Below are positions 50,665-61,696 of a DNA stretch of 64,000 bases, in pieces. The position numbers and the translations under genes were made by a program. This DNA is from Botryllus schlosseri (taxonomy: Eukaryota), in assembly GCA_051294905.1 (NCBI GenBank), contig CM119380.1, positions 5,766,001 through 5,830,000 of the forward strand, read 5' to 3'. The notes below the pieces were generated by a model. It had not been told where the DNA came from, searched no databases, and was given only the letters and a program-made list of their open reading frames with translations. The first letter of the stretch is position 1. Every line of letters starts with the position of its first letter.

Positions 50665-50992
50665 TGCGGGGATGAAGAGCGGTCTGTCAGTCTGCGATTG
50701 TATACGGGAAGTCCGTGGTCTACGGATAGCAGCTAATAGTATATACTTAACTGGCAGTAGCTGACACGAACGTCCTGTGTAGTTCTTGACTGTAGTTCAA
50801 TAGACACCAACAATTGCCTTTTCCAGATATATTGTACGGACGGTATATCAATTCGGGTACAAACAGTAGGTTAGCGTACATGAGTCTCTGAGTCAACTTG
50901 GATATGCACTGGGTTATAACTATGCGATAAGTCACGTGATGTAGTATTATACCATAACAGATATATGAGAGAGAAGGAGCCAGGGCTCCACA
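50665..50992 (-). repeat. 5' LTR
   Basis: Direct repeat of 46560-46887. Confidence 0.95.
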
Positions 50993-51944
50993 CCCCTGAC
51001 GAGTGTCAGCCGAAAATATACGGGTTCATTTCAATATGAATATACTATTCAATTGTATATTGAAGTTCTGTACCTCCAAGAAGCCCATGAAAAAAGTAGT
51101 ATTTTAACGAAATCTGGCCCTATGAAGAATTCCAGTAGCTACATTACGTATTATGGTGGAAATAATTTAAATTTGTTGTAGTACAACGAACGAAAGATAG
51201 CTTACTTTCCTACATTCTCGGGTAGAAAGTGTTTGTCCTTACTAAGTAGCTTTCCAAGAATGGAGAAAGAACGTTAAACAGCAGCGGTTGTTGGCTGAGA
51301 ACACTGAAGTTGTGTGCACACTGCTGGTGACACACCGTGTTGCTTCATTCTGACAATGTTGTCTATATCACAATTTTTCAGCTTGCGCTTCTTGATATAA
51401 GAATCATGCAATGTCCAAGCAGTCTTGCTTCAGTTAGGATATTGCGGTACGTTGACCATTAAACCATGTCACTATTTGTTTCATTTGATCGTTTATGATT
51501 CACAATGAGCAGACGATGGGTCATTTACAACAGTAGGCCTATAAAGTAGGCTACAAGCTGTAAAATATCAAGTGATAAATTCACCGACAGCGCAAAATCT
51601 ACGATACAAACAAAATTCAGAGGTCAAAAAATGTTTGACTTTGTAAACAATTTTGACAAATTTTGACCTAACGCTACAATTTTGACCTAATTTGGACTTT
51701 TTTTGACATGTCAAAAAAAAATTGCCCTAGTAATGTCATATTCATGTTGTTTACGGCTGCACACTTGAGTTTGAATTATATTTCCCCCGTACCGGCGAAG
51801 TGTATTTACGAGATTATATATAGCGATGGAATCGAATATGAATGAGGTCCTTCGTTGAGATAAGTTGAGTAATAGATAGTTCGGGCTATGATGAAATTTT
51901 ATACGTGCTTGCTTAGATGTCTACTGATATAGTCTGCTTGTTTG

Positions 51945-52327
51945 TGTTGAAAATGATGATTTTCATGTTACATGAGACATTGTTAAACTGTTGCATATAT
52001 TGTACATATTGTATATTCGTTGTATACTGTACTAGTGTTTGAAATATTCTGGAACTTTGTTAGCTAACCGCTGGTCTCCCTGCAGGAAGGTGAATGACTC
52101 ATATTGAAAGTGTTCTGGTTTCTCGTGTACGTTCGAGTTAATGTTTTGATACTCGGGTATAATTGGTTTGATTCTGGCTTATCTCGTAGTAGTACGATAC
52201 GTCGCTCGCTGCGTGAATAGGTCCGCTGTAATATACTCTGCTGTGTGTGTTGGACTGGTGTTTGTCCAGTGTAAGGAATAAGAATCTCAAGCCGTAGGTA
52301 GAACGGACTAGATCCTGAATTTCATCA
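51945..52327 (+). repeat. Copia 5' LTR
   Basis: About 9 substitutions plus one 2-bp indel vs 60665-61049 (counted by eye). Confidence 0.95.
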
Positions 52328-52329
52328 AA

Positions 52330-52341
52330 GGTTATGCGCCC
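52330..52341 (+). promoter_or_regulatory. Copia PBS GGTTATGCGCCC
   Basis: One mismatch to GGTTATGGGCCC, the internal tRNAi-Met PBS used by copia-group elements. Confidence 0.8.
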
Positions 52342-52382
52342 TTGCTAATCTGCTCAACAGCAACGATGTCATCTGCTGGAAT

Positions 52383-53600
52383 ATGGAAAAGTTGAAGTGC
52401 GGTAGGATTTGTAATTGGCCTACGTGGAAGATACAAGTTAAAGGTGAATTAATGGCCAACGATTTATGGGAATATGTTGCAGAAGGAGACGTACAGAATG
52501 CATCCAGGTCTAAGAAGACTGAGGCCGCTGGTATGTTATTGCGTAGCCTTGATGGTTCCGTGTTGCCGGCTGTGCCGGAAGACCATCATAGTGATCTAGG
52601 CTTACCATACGTCCTCTTTTTTGACTTTTTTGAAAGTGTCCTCGGAGGACGCCCTTTTGTCCTCTTTTTTGAGATTTTGTCCTCTTTTTTGAAAATTTAG
52701 GCAGATTTAGAGCAAATTGTGAGTGATATGCCGCAAATTAGCACAGAAATGAAGCTCCGGCGGGTATTTCGGAGTTAAAAACGGTGATTTTAGCTCTGAG
52801 CGAAAAGATGACCTTTTTTTTTTTTAGTCAACTGATCACGAGGTGGGAAAAATTAACCGGTTTTTGAGAATTTGATTCCTGATTTGCCAGTTGCAAATTT
52901 CTGTAAAAGTGTCCTCTTTTTTGATTTCCAAAATATGGTAAGCCTATAGTGATCCGAAGAAAATATGGGAGGATCTGGAGAATAAGTTTGCGCCGAAGAA
53001 TTCGATGATGTTTCTATCACTGAAACGGCAGATTGTAATGATGCCGACTTTAACGGATACGAATATTATTGAGAAGATTCAAGAATGTCAATTGCTGTTT
53101 CAAAGAATGGCTTGTATGGGTCATGCCGTCAGTGGTTGTGATCAGGTTTTCGAAGTGATAAAGCATTTGCCGTACAGTTTTGAAGTGACGCGTTCGTATC
53201 TTGTGAACGAAATGCAAAGTAAACCGGATTATTCGTTGGAAGATTTGCTGTTGAGAGTGCAAACATGATTCTCCACCGCAAAGTGTTCAAGCCTACCAGG
53301 CAAAGGGGGTGTACGGTAAGCCGAAATTTACTGGTACGTGTGATCATTGTGGTAGAGTTGGTCATAAAAGGTCCATGTGTTGCATGGGATTTGAAAAGTG
53401 ATGTTAATCCACGTGATCGGGAATTTGAGCCTCGTGGTAACGGGCGTGGAAGTGTTTCTGGTGAAGGCCGAGGACGTTTTGAGCGTCGGACTGCTCATTA
53501 TGCTGATTGTGGAAGTGATAATTCTCGAGAAAATAAATCGACTCGTGTAGGAGAGAGACATTCGCTGTTTTATTCGTCTGCTGTTTTACCCGTGGAAAGT
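52383..53600 (+). pseudogene. Copia gag (disrupted by MITE, frameshifts and the LINE)
   Basis: NWPTWKIQVKGELMANDLWEYV; removing the MITE restores ...HHSDPKKIWEDLENKF; zinc knuckle CDHCGRVGHKRSMC after a frameshift near 53260. Confidence 0.85.
52597..52946. mobile_element. 350-bp hAT MITE in Copia gag
   Basis: 13-bp TIR TAGGCTTACCATA; perfect TSD TAGTGATC. Confidence 0.92.
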
Positions 53601-53837
53601 CATTCCGATCCGACCTTCGTCGAGTGAGGACGTCTCGAGGTAGCTCTGATTAATGCACGGGGTTGGCGCTCGACTTGAAGAATCAGCGGTGAGATCGTTT
53701 CATGGTACTATAGCCTAGTACGCAGTGTAGTGTAGAAAAGTGCTATTCATTCAGGTGTTACGTATAACAAATAGATAGATAGGTCAATATACATAGAGGG
53801 TTCAAGAGGTAGCTCCCTCTCTACCACAGCGTGGTAA

Positions 53838-55319
53838 ATGGAGGGCATACAACATACGAGGGCAAAGCGTAAACCGACCGATCCTATATCATCGGATAGT
53901 GACGAGCCTAGTGATGGCGTTAGTGACCGGCTTCAACCGAGTGGGAGCAAAATCCCCGCTCGAAAGTATGCAGTAGCGGATGAGAATTCTGTATCACAAA
54001 CTAGCACTACTAATGTTAATGCAAATATTGTTTGTTCTCCCACGTCCGAGAGTGTCTCCCGACCTCCTGCAAACACAGTTTCTCCGCCAGCGGCACAAAC
54101 CAGCATTGTTCCCGATAACAACGAAAATAACATAGATAGGAAAGTGGTGATTTCAGGACAACAAAGGTCTATTCTGCGCTATCACCCAACAGTGGTGAAC
54201 AGGGCGTTGTCCGCGTTGATCACCAATTATCAAGACATCAAACCTCTTCACAAATCCGGTTCTTTGCTCATCACCTGTCACAATCACAAGCAGGTTACGC
54301 AGTTGTTGTCATGCGGTAGTCTAAGCGACCCAGTGACGCATACCGATATCCCAATCGAAACGTCGAAATTTACACCGAGGCCGTTCGCCAGCAGAGCTGT
54401 AATTACGGGTGTTCCACTAGACGTAACGGACGCCGAGTTATTGGACAGCTTCGCCACCTATCATGTAACTTACGCCAAGCGACTCAAGAAGAGAAGGCCA
54501 GAATACGGAGTCTCCGACAGTCTCTCGGTGTTACTTTGTTTTAGTACCAGGGAAGTGCCAGAATTCATTTCATTCGGATATCTTCGCTTTAGGACAAAAC
54601 ATTATAATCCACCCCCAACTAGGTGCTTTAAATGTAACCGCTTCGGTCACACCGCGAATTCGTGCCGCGGTAAACTTACTTGCGCGAAATGCAGCAGTCG
54701 TGATCACGAATACAAGGATTGCCCTAACTTGAAAAAATGCGTTAATTGTAACCAACCGCATAGCGCAGGGTATGGAGGATGCCCCATCTACAAAGAGGAA
54801 GCTAAAATTCAAATTGTTAAAGAACGCACAAACGTGTCTTTCACAGAGGCGAAGGAAATCGTACGATCTCGAACCTCTGAAACCTCTCAGACCACCTCTG
54901 CTAAGACACTGTATTCCGAAGTGCATCATCGTCGTAAAACTACAGCCCGGTCTTCAACAAACAATAAGAAACCAAGTTGTTATACTTCACCCGCCCCAAA
55001 CGACGGCGACCTTAGATATCTGTCAAACTCAACTGTCGTACCCAGCCAAATTAGTGAAGATCGACAGAAACAAACCACATCCATGTCCAGCTTGAATATC
55101 AACCCAATACAGCTATTGGCGCTTGTTGCGGAGGTTGTACAGCTAACGGTATCAGCATACAAAACTGGAAACAGCAACATCTTCGACATCGTGGCTAAGG
55201 CATCGAGTAAATACTTCGGCTACTCTGTCGAATCCGATCTATTGCAGCAAGCATCAAACACATCAGATCCCTCCGTCGATAAATCTTCTCCGGTCTCGCA
55301 AGGCAGCAAAGTTCAATAG
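53838..55319 (+). CDS. LINE ORF1 (Gag-like nucleic-acid-binding protein), 493 aa
   Basis: Three CCHC knuckles (RCFKCNRFGHTANSC, TCAKCSSRDHEYKDC, KCVNCNQPHSAGYGGC); intact. Confidence 0.92.
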   Translation: MEGIQHTRAKRKPTDPISSDSDEPSDGVSDRLQPSGSKIPARKYAVADENSVSQTSTTNVNANIVCSPTSESVSRPPANTVSPPAAQTSIVPDNNENNIDRKVVISGQQRSILRYHPTVVNRALSALITNYQDIKPLHKSGSLLITCHNHKQVTQLLSCGSLSDPVTHTDIPIETSKFTPRPFASRAVITGVPLDVTDAELLDSFATYHVTYAKRLKKRRPEYGVSDSLSVLLCFSTREVPEFISFGYLRFRTKHYNPPPTRCFKCNRFGHTANSCRGKLTCAKCSSRDHEYKDCPNLKKCVNCNQPHSAGYGGCPIYKEEAKIQIVKERTNVSFTEAKEIVRSRTSETSQTTSAKTLYSEVHHRRKTTARSSTNNKKPSCYTSPAPNDGDLRYLSNSTVVPSQISEDRQKQTTSMSSLNINPIQLLALVAEVVQLTVSAYKTGNSNIFDIVAKASSKYFGYSVESDLLQQASNTSDPSVDKSSPVSQGSKVQ

Positions 55320-55320
55320 A

Positions 55321-58300
55321 ACACTATCTATTCTCCAATGGAACTGTCGCGGCATATATAGAAAATTGAACGAGTTCAAACAATTTGTATCCACCCTAAC
55401 CATTAAACCGGATGTTATACTCATTCAAGAGACGCACCTCGTTGCGAAATACTCCCCGAAGCTACGGGGCTACCATCTGTATCGACGAGATAAGACATTA
55501 CACTCCGGTGGCCTCGCCACATTTGTGCACGAGTCATTGTCATCCTCGATTGGCTATGGTTTTCAATCGGCGTGTTTTGAAATGTTATGCGTCAACGTTA
55601 GCGGAATAAACATTTGTAACGTTTATATGGCGCCCGACGTTGTTATCGGCAGCAACGATCTTGCATGCCTACGTCACTTTTCCTCTCGGTCACTCATTTG
55701 CGGCGATTTCAATGCCCACCACCTACAGTGGAGCCACTGCTCGAACGCCAGAGGCAAAGCGATCTACGATTCCCTCGACCAACACAACCTGGTTTTGCTG
55801 AACTCATCCCAGCCCACTCGTCTGAACATCTCCACAACGGCAGTAAACAGGTGGTCTCTTTTGGACTTGACCGTAGCCTCTGGTGATATTGCCGCGCGAT
55901 GCAACACTTCCGTTTCCGACACCCTCATAGGAAGCGATCATTTTGTTATCTTTACAACAATCAATGACAGAATAACTCGCTCCTCGCCTAGACCCCAGAA
56001 GTGGTTGCTTGGGAAAGCTGATTGGGAGAGGTTCTCAATATGTGTCGACGATTCGCTGGCGGGTGTACTCGAGGATGATGTGGAAACATTAAATTCCACT
56101 TTTGTCGACGCTTTAAATCGCGCAGCCACCGAAACCATTCCGCGCTCTAGATCCACAGACAAGATCCCAGTACCGTGGTGGACACCGGAATGCGCTCGCG
56201 CCATCCGCCGCAAAAGAGCAGCTTTCAAAATGATGAAACGTAGTTTTACCACTCGTGACGTCATAGAATATTAAAAACGCCGCTCCGAATGTCGCCGAAC
56301 TATATTGCGATCAAAACGCTTAAGTTGGGAACGTTTCTGCGATACCCTCAACAGTCATTCGGGAATGGCGAAGGTCTGGAAAACGATTGGTTCGATTTCG
56401 GGTAAATACAGCTCCATGTCTATACCATCTCTTATCTCGAATAACAGTAACGCCATCGGCGACTTGAGCAAGGCAAATATGCTGGCATCGACTTTCGTTT
56501 CCGTCAGCAGCTCCGAAAACTACGACCCTGACTTCCTGCTCACGAAAACCGATTTCGAAAAATCACACCCCATCAGCGACATGGTTAATGAAAATAATCT
56601 AAATAGTCCTCTCGATAGACCATTCACGCTACAAGAATTTAATGTTGCATTACGATCACGCAAAAGCACGGCACCCGGAGATGACTCCATCTGCTATGCA
56701 ATGATCAAACGTCTATCATCCGCTGCTGTTGTCAAGCTTCTTGCCCTTATAAATAGGTCTTGGGGAACAGGATGCGTTCCGGGGGCCTGGAAACACTCCA
56801 TCGTCATCCCAATCTTGAAAACAGGCAAGGAGTCAACTAGGCCGGAGTCCTATCGCCCCATCTCACTCACAAGTCACATCTGTAAAATTATGGAAACTAT
56901 GGTCACGAACAGATTACGATGGTACTTGGAATCCAAGAATCTGCTAAATAGATGTCAATCGGGTTTTCGCCATGGTCGCAGCACGCTCGACCATATTCTG
57001 AGAGTCCATGACACTGTTTATAAAGCGTTACATAATAAACGATCGGTGGCGGCAGTTTTTCTTGATATAGAACGAGCATACGACATGGTTTGGCGAACTG
57101 GCCTCATCCACAAGCTGTCACAAATGGGGGTTAAAGGAAACATGCTTAGGTGGATCTCAGAATTTCTAAAAAACAGAACCTTCCAAGTCCGCGTGGGTAG
57201 CTCGTTGTCGCGATATCACATTCTAGAAAATGGTTTACCCCAAGGTTGCGTTATTTCGCCATTACTCTTCTCCGTGATGATTAATGACCTTCCTACAGTT
57301 ATTCAGTGTGAGCATGCATTATTCGCGGACGATTGTGCTATATGGGAAAGTGGATTATCCGTGGAATCCAACATCTCTGCGGTCCAGTTAGCCCTAACAT
57401 CGATTCAACTGTGGTGTAAACAGTGGGGTTTCAAAATATCGCACACGAAATCGGTGGCGATGCTATTCACAAGAAAGCGATCACTGCCATCCGTGTCTCT
57501 ACGTATCGGCGGCACGCAACTCAGCTTTGTAGACAATTTTAAATATCTTGGGGTTGTTTTTGATAAATTGTTGTCATATAAATGCCATATAGAGTATCTC
57601 GAGAAGAAATGTAGCAACAGATTGAACGCTTTGCGTCGTCTGACTGGAACCTCGTGGGGCGCTGGCAAGAGTTCGCTACTGATAATCTATAGGACAATGA
57701 TACGATCACTTACCGATTATGGAATGCCAGCATACTTCTTCGCCCCGAAATCCCTCCTGGTGAAGGTGGAGAAAATCCAAAACAAGGCACTTCGAATTAT
57801 CTGCGGAGCTATGCATAGTACACCGATTTGCGCATTGCAAGCATCCTGTTGCGAAATGCCTCCGCACATTCGCCATAGATACCTAAGCCTAAACTACCGA
57901 TGTCTTCTGCTTAGTCATCCAGCGAGCAGCCACTCATCTCGGCACATTATCGAAGACTCGTGGCATGAAATATATCGTGTTATAAATCCGAGATTCAATA
58001 CTTTTAACACGCTAACGAAGGCAGCTTGTTTTGAAAACATGGTGATCGAGCGATTCGATTCCCCTTCCCCTCCGTGGGAGTTATCGATTCCATGCGTTGA
58101 TATCGACCTATCTAGGTTAGTCTCGAAACAGGACGTACCCCAGTACATCCAATGTAGATGTCTCGACTTTATCTTTGAAAGATTTGGCGAACACGTCCAT
58201 ATATTTACTGATGGTTCAAAGACTGAATATGGTGCTGGACTTGGGGTATACGTCCCAGAATATTCGTATTGCTATAATCGGGCTTGCCCGACTCTATCTT

Positions 58301-59052
58301 CCTCATTCTCAGCCGAATTGAAAGCTATAGTCTTCGCATTGATGTGGATACTACAACACAGCAGCTCCACGAATCGACGCTATGTAATCTTTTCCGACTG
58401 CCTGGCGGCCCTGAGGGCGTTGTCATACCCGCATACCCGTAAGCCGCATAAGGAAATATATCTCTCATTTGATATTCTTTCACAGATAAAGACCACGGGT
58501 GGCATGGTAACATTTGCCTGGATACCAGGTCACGCCGGAATAGAGGGCAACGAGAAGGCTGACCAACTAGCTCGGGCTGCATCAAGTCAATCGCGGGAAC
58601 CCGGTATCGATATCCCAACCGTAACATTATCAGAGGCGAAAGTGGTCACCCGAAAGCTCTGCAGAGACCAATGGCAGGCCGAGTTCACTGCAGAGGAGAG
58701 AGGGCACCACTACCGGATGTTGCGACCATCTATAGCAACTGAGGCGCCAGATTCCTGCCGAAATCGCCTATTTGAAAGAATCCTGTTTCGTCTCCAAACC
58801 GGTCACTGTCGCCTGGCGGCTCACCTATTCAAAATAGGTTGCGCCGACTCCCCCCTTTGTAATGTGTGTTACGTCCCCGACACGGTTGACCACATACTCT
58901 TGCATTGCGAAAAATATGACTTTCACCGAACATTTCTTGCCTACGCTTGTACCACGCTCAATGTACCGCTTACGTTAACCAATCTACTTACTATGCCGCA
59001 ATTATTTACGCCGGTCGGCGAGTTTATTATTGCATGTAACTTGTATATATAG
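55321..59052 (+). pseudogene. LINE ORF2 (AP endonuclease, RT, RNase H, CCHC) with one in-frame TAA at 56272-56274
   Basis: SILQWNCRG, LIQET, GDFNAH, SDH (APE); YRPISL, QSGFR, FLDIERAYD, GLPQG, LFADD, KYLG (RT); FTDGSK, AELKAI, FSDC, WIPGHAGIEGNEKAD (RNase H); CNVC...HILLHC. The two track ORFs 55366 and 56305 are in the same frame. Confidence 0.93.
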
Positions 59053-59239
59053 TTTGAAAGTTTGTATAGTTTGAAAGTTTATATAGTTTGAAACTTATTA
59101 TAAGCCCATGTCCCAGAGCACCAAAACTCGATCCTTGATAACATATTTTGTCCGTGGTGCACAAGGCCGGAAACGGCGACACGCGCCACTTAAAACTCAT
59201 CATTAATAATAATAATAATAATAATAACCCGTGGAAAGT

Positions 59240-60599
59240 AGAAATCTGGGTATTCCGCATCGTGGTAATGGCGATCGTTTTCGTGTGAGTAAGCAATATC
59301 TGATGCTTACGTCTGTTTTCCTGTCTCGACACAGACTGTCTGTTATCTGTGATAGTGGTGCAACCAGTCATATGAGTTGCAATCCTGATATGTTTATTGA
59401 AATGAGACCTTTTCGTGCGGAAATCGAATTGGGTGATGGTAAAGTCATCTATGCTGAGGGCATTGGGACCCTTCGTATGGTCATGTGTGAAAATGGAAAG
59501 AGAACTGGTATTGCCGATTTACAAAACGAAATTTATGTTCCCGACTTGTCGACAACACTGTTTTCCGTAACAGCTGCTGTTGCCAATCCGAAATATGCAG
59601 TCGCTTTTAATTCGGATGGTATTCGGATTTTTGATAGAGTTGCTGGGCACAATGTGGCTACTGGCAGGATCGTGAACAATGTGTATGTGCTGGATTTTCG
59701 TCCTTGTACCGAAGAAGATATGTCGGAGCCTTTGTTACGTCCCGTCGAGAGGGAGCGTCGTTCTCTTGAAGTTGATAATAATGCGAACGAAGTTGATAAA
59801 CCATGAGTTATGACATTGAAAAGTGAAGTCGGTGATGCAGGGTCAGCCGATCCCGATCCCGCGTGGTTCAGAAGGAGTGTCTTCCAAATTGTCAATGGTC
59901 GACACGAAGTGTAATAATGGCGATAAAGCGGATGTTTTGCCGCTTGATACTGTTGGGGAATTTGTGGATGTTGCTGAAAATTGTCTGGCTGGAGACGCTT
60001 CAACTGAGTTGTGGCCTCGTCGTATTGGCCACGTCAGACGAGAAGTGATTGTACAACGTGATGTTTGTGTCGATGAAACACGACTTGGTCAAGAAGGAGA
60101 AGTGGCTGAATCTCAGCCTGAATTGCCTGCGTCGAGTTTCATCTATCCTGTTATAATGGATGACGATCAGGAATTAAGTGATGATGAGAGAAGTGGAAAC
60201 GAAGAAGATATTGCAGAATTGCGGAGGTCTACACATTTTAATGATGGTCAGCCGCCTCCGAGACTTACATGCAATGAAATTTTGCGACAGACCGTAGAAC
60301 AAGTTGAAGTTGGAGTTGAAGCGGAACCTTCAGTCTCATTATTGTCGTATGCAGTACCTGCTACTGATGTGCACGTGGCAGAGCCAAAATGTCAGAAAGA
60401 TGTATTGATCTCCGACCATTCTGATTTATTGAGAAAAGCTGCATCAAAAGAAATGAAATCAATGTGTGACTTGAAAGTGTGCGAGTTGGTTAAATCTCAT
60501 GTCGATGCAGATGGAATTGAAGTTAGTTACGCGTCAACTTATGGTGAATTTGCCGACATTTTGACAAAGCCGTTACGCCGACAACCTGCTGTTACTTGA
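59240..60599 (+). pseudogene. Copia pol remnant: protease, integrase ends, RT start, RNase H end
   Basis: ICDSGATSHM (protease); LWPRRIGHV joined to REVIVQRDVCVDE; LRRST; EPK...KEMKSM..LKVCELV joined to ADILTKPL. Confidence 0.85.
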
Positions 60600-60653
60600 G
60601 AGTTAATACTGGTGTAGACCATTGCTGTTGTGTTGAACGTTTAAAAATGTCTC

Positions 60654-60664
60654 AAGAGAAGGAG
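60654..60664 (+). promoter_or_regulatory. Polypurine tract AAGAGAAGGAG
   Basis: Immediately 5' of the 3' LTR. Confidence 0.85.
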
Positions 60665-61049
60665 TGTTGAAAATGATGATTTTCATGTTACATGAGACAT
60701 TGTTAAACTGTTGCATATATTGTACATATTGTATATTCGTTGTATATACTGTACTAGTGTTTGAAATATTTTGGAACTTTGTTAGCTAACCGCTAGTCTC
60801 CCTGCAGGAGTGTGAATGACTCATATTGAAAGTGTTCTGGTTTCTCGTGTACGTTCGAGTTAATGTTTTGATACTCGGGTATAATTGGTTTGATTCTGGC
60901 ATACCTCGTAGTAGTACGATACGTCGCTCGCTGTGTGAACAGGTCCGCTGTAATATACTCTGCTGTGTGTGTTGGACTGGTGTTTGTCCAGTGTAAGGAA
61001 TAAGAATCTCAAGCCGTAGGTAGAACGGAGTAGATCCTGAATTTCATCA
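60665..61049 (+). repeat. Copia 3' LTR
   Basis: Direct repeat of 51945-52327. Confidence 0.95.
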
Positions 61050-61696
61050 GTTTGTGGTGGGCTTGTAAATTGGAGTTGATATTAATGTTTACTTTACTTT
61101 TTCCGTGGCCTTAAATGTCAGATTGGCGGCAGTGAACAGTGTGATACTCGCCAAGATATTTGAGCTCCGAACGTAATGCGTAGCCTACTACCTGTCCGTT
61201 GATATTTGTAACGCTAAACCGCAGAAGTGTGTCGTTACTCCTTACCAAATCTTGGCGTGTTGTGGTTATGGCTTTGACATCTTCTGTTAGTACAATCATT
61301 AATGTATGCATTGGTAACGAAACATGGGCTATTTTCAAACCAATTATTGCCTGTGTCTACAATGTCTGCGACTGAATTTACAATCATTGATGGTCGTTAC
61401 ACAACGGTTCCCATTTTATCTGTTCAGCCAATTACTATATCTTGTAATCATTCTGATTAATATTTGTTGTACTCATATCAGTTGATATACGAGTTATTTT
61501 GTTGATAAATTTAGCCCGTACTTTACGACAGAGACTGAAGCACTGAAGTGATTGCGTTATGCCCACATATCCGTATAAATCTGATGGTGAATTGAAAAGA
61601 ATTCAGCGATGGCGAATTAAGGCAGCAGTTTATAAAATATCGTCCTCCCGTGAATTGGTTCACCCTGCTGCGACAATGTCCATGATCACTGATCAC

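Larger units (their letters stand above)
46560..50992 (-). mobile_element. Non-autonomous Gypsy-like LTR retroelement, 4433 bp
   Basis: 328-bp TG...CA LTRs with 2 mismatches; 4-bp TSD CCCC; PBS on the minus strand; no pol ORF internally. Confidence 0.9.
46237..51050. mobile_element. Foldback MITE (~140-bp inverted arms) whose right arm is split by the LTR element
   Basis: 46237-46376 is the reverse complement of 46484-46561 joined to 50997-51050 once the LTR insert is removed. Confidence 0.85.
45975..51729. mobile_element. hAT-like non-autonomous element (TAGGGCAATT TIR) hosting nested inserts
   Basis: TIR TAGGGCAATTTTTTTT; perfect TSD GTAATGTC; TTTTGACC subterminal repeats at both ends. 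Confidence 0.9.
53601..59227 (+). mobile_element. Full-length I-clade LINE (non-LTR retrotransposon), ~5.6 kb
   Basis: Starts CATTCC; (TAA)n tail; 12-13 bp TSD (A)CCCGTGGAAAGT; ORF1 plus APE-RT-RNase H-CCHC ORF2. Confidence 0.95.
51945..61049 (+). mobile_element. Internally deleted Ty1/Copia LTR retrotransposon with nested MITE and LINE
   Basis: 383/385-bp TG...CA LTRs; perfect 5-bp TSD GTTTG; PBS and PPT; gag-protease-(IN)-(RT/RH) remnants in Copia order. Confidence 0.92.

Noticed and set aside
52597-52700. C-terminal part of track ORF 52383-52700
   Set aside because: Read-through into the inserted MITE; true gag resumes at 52955.
53933-58627. Antisense and alternate-frame ORFs of 60-120 aa within the LINE
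   Set aside because: Expected shadows of a long, more GC-rich coding region; no motifs.
59027-59371. Minus-strand ORF with a poly-Leu run
   Set aside because: The Leu run is the reverse complement of the LINE (TAA)n tail.
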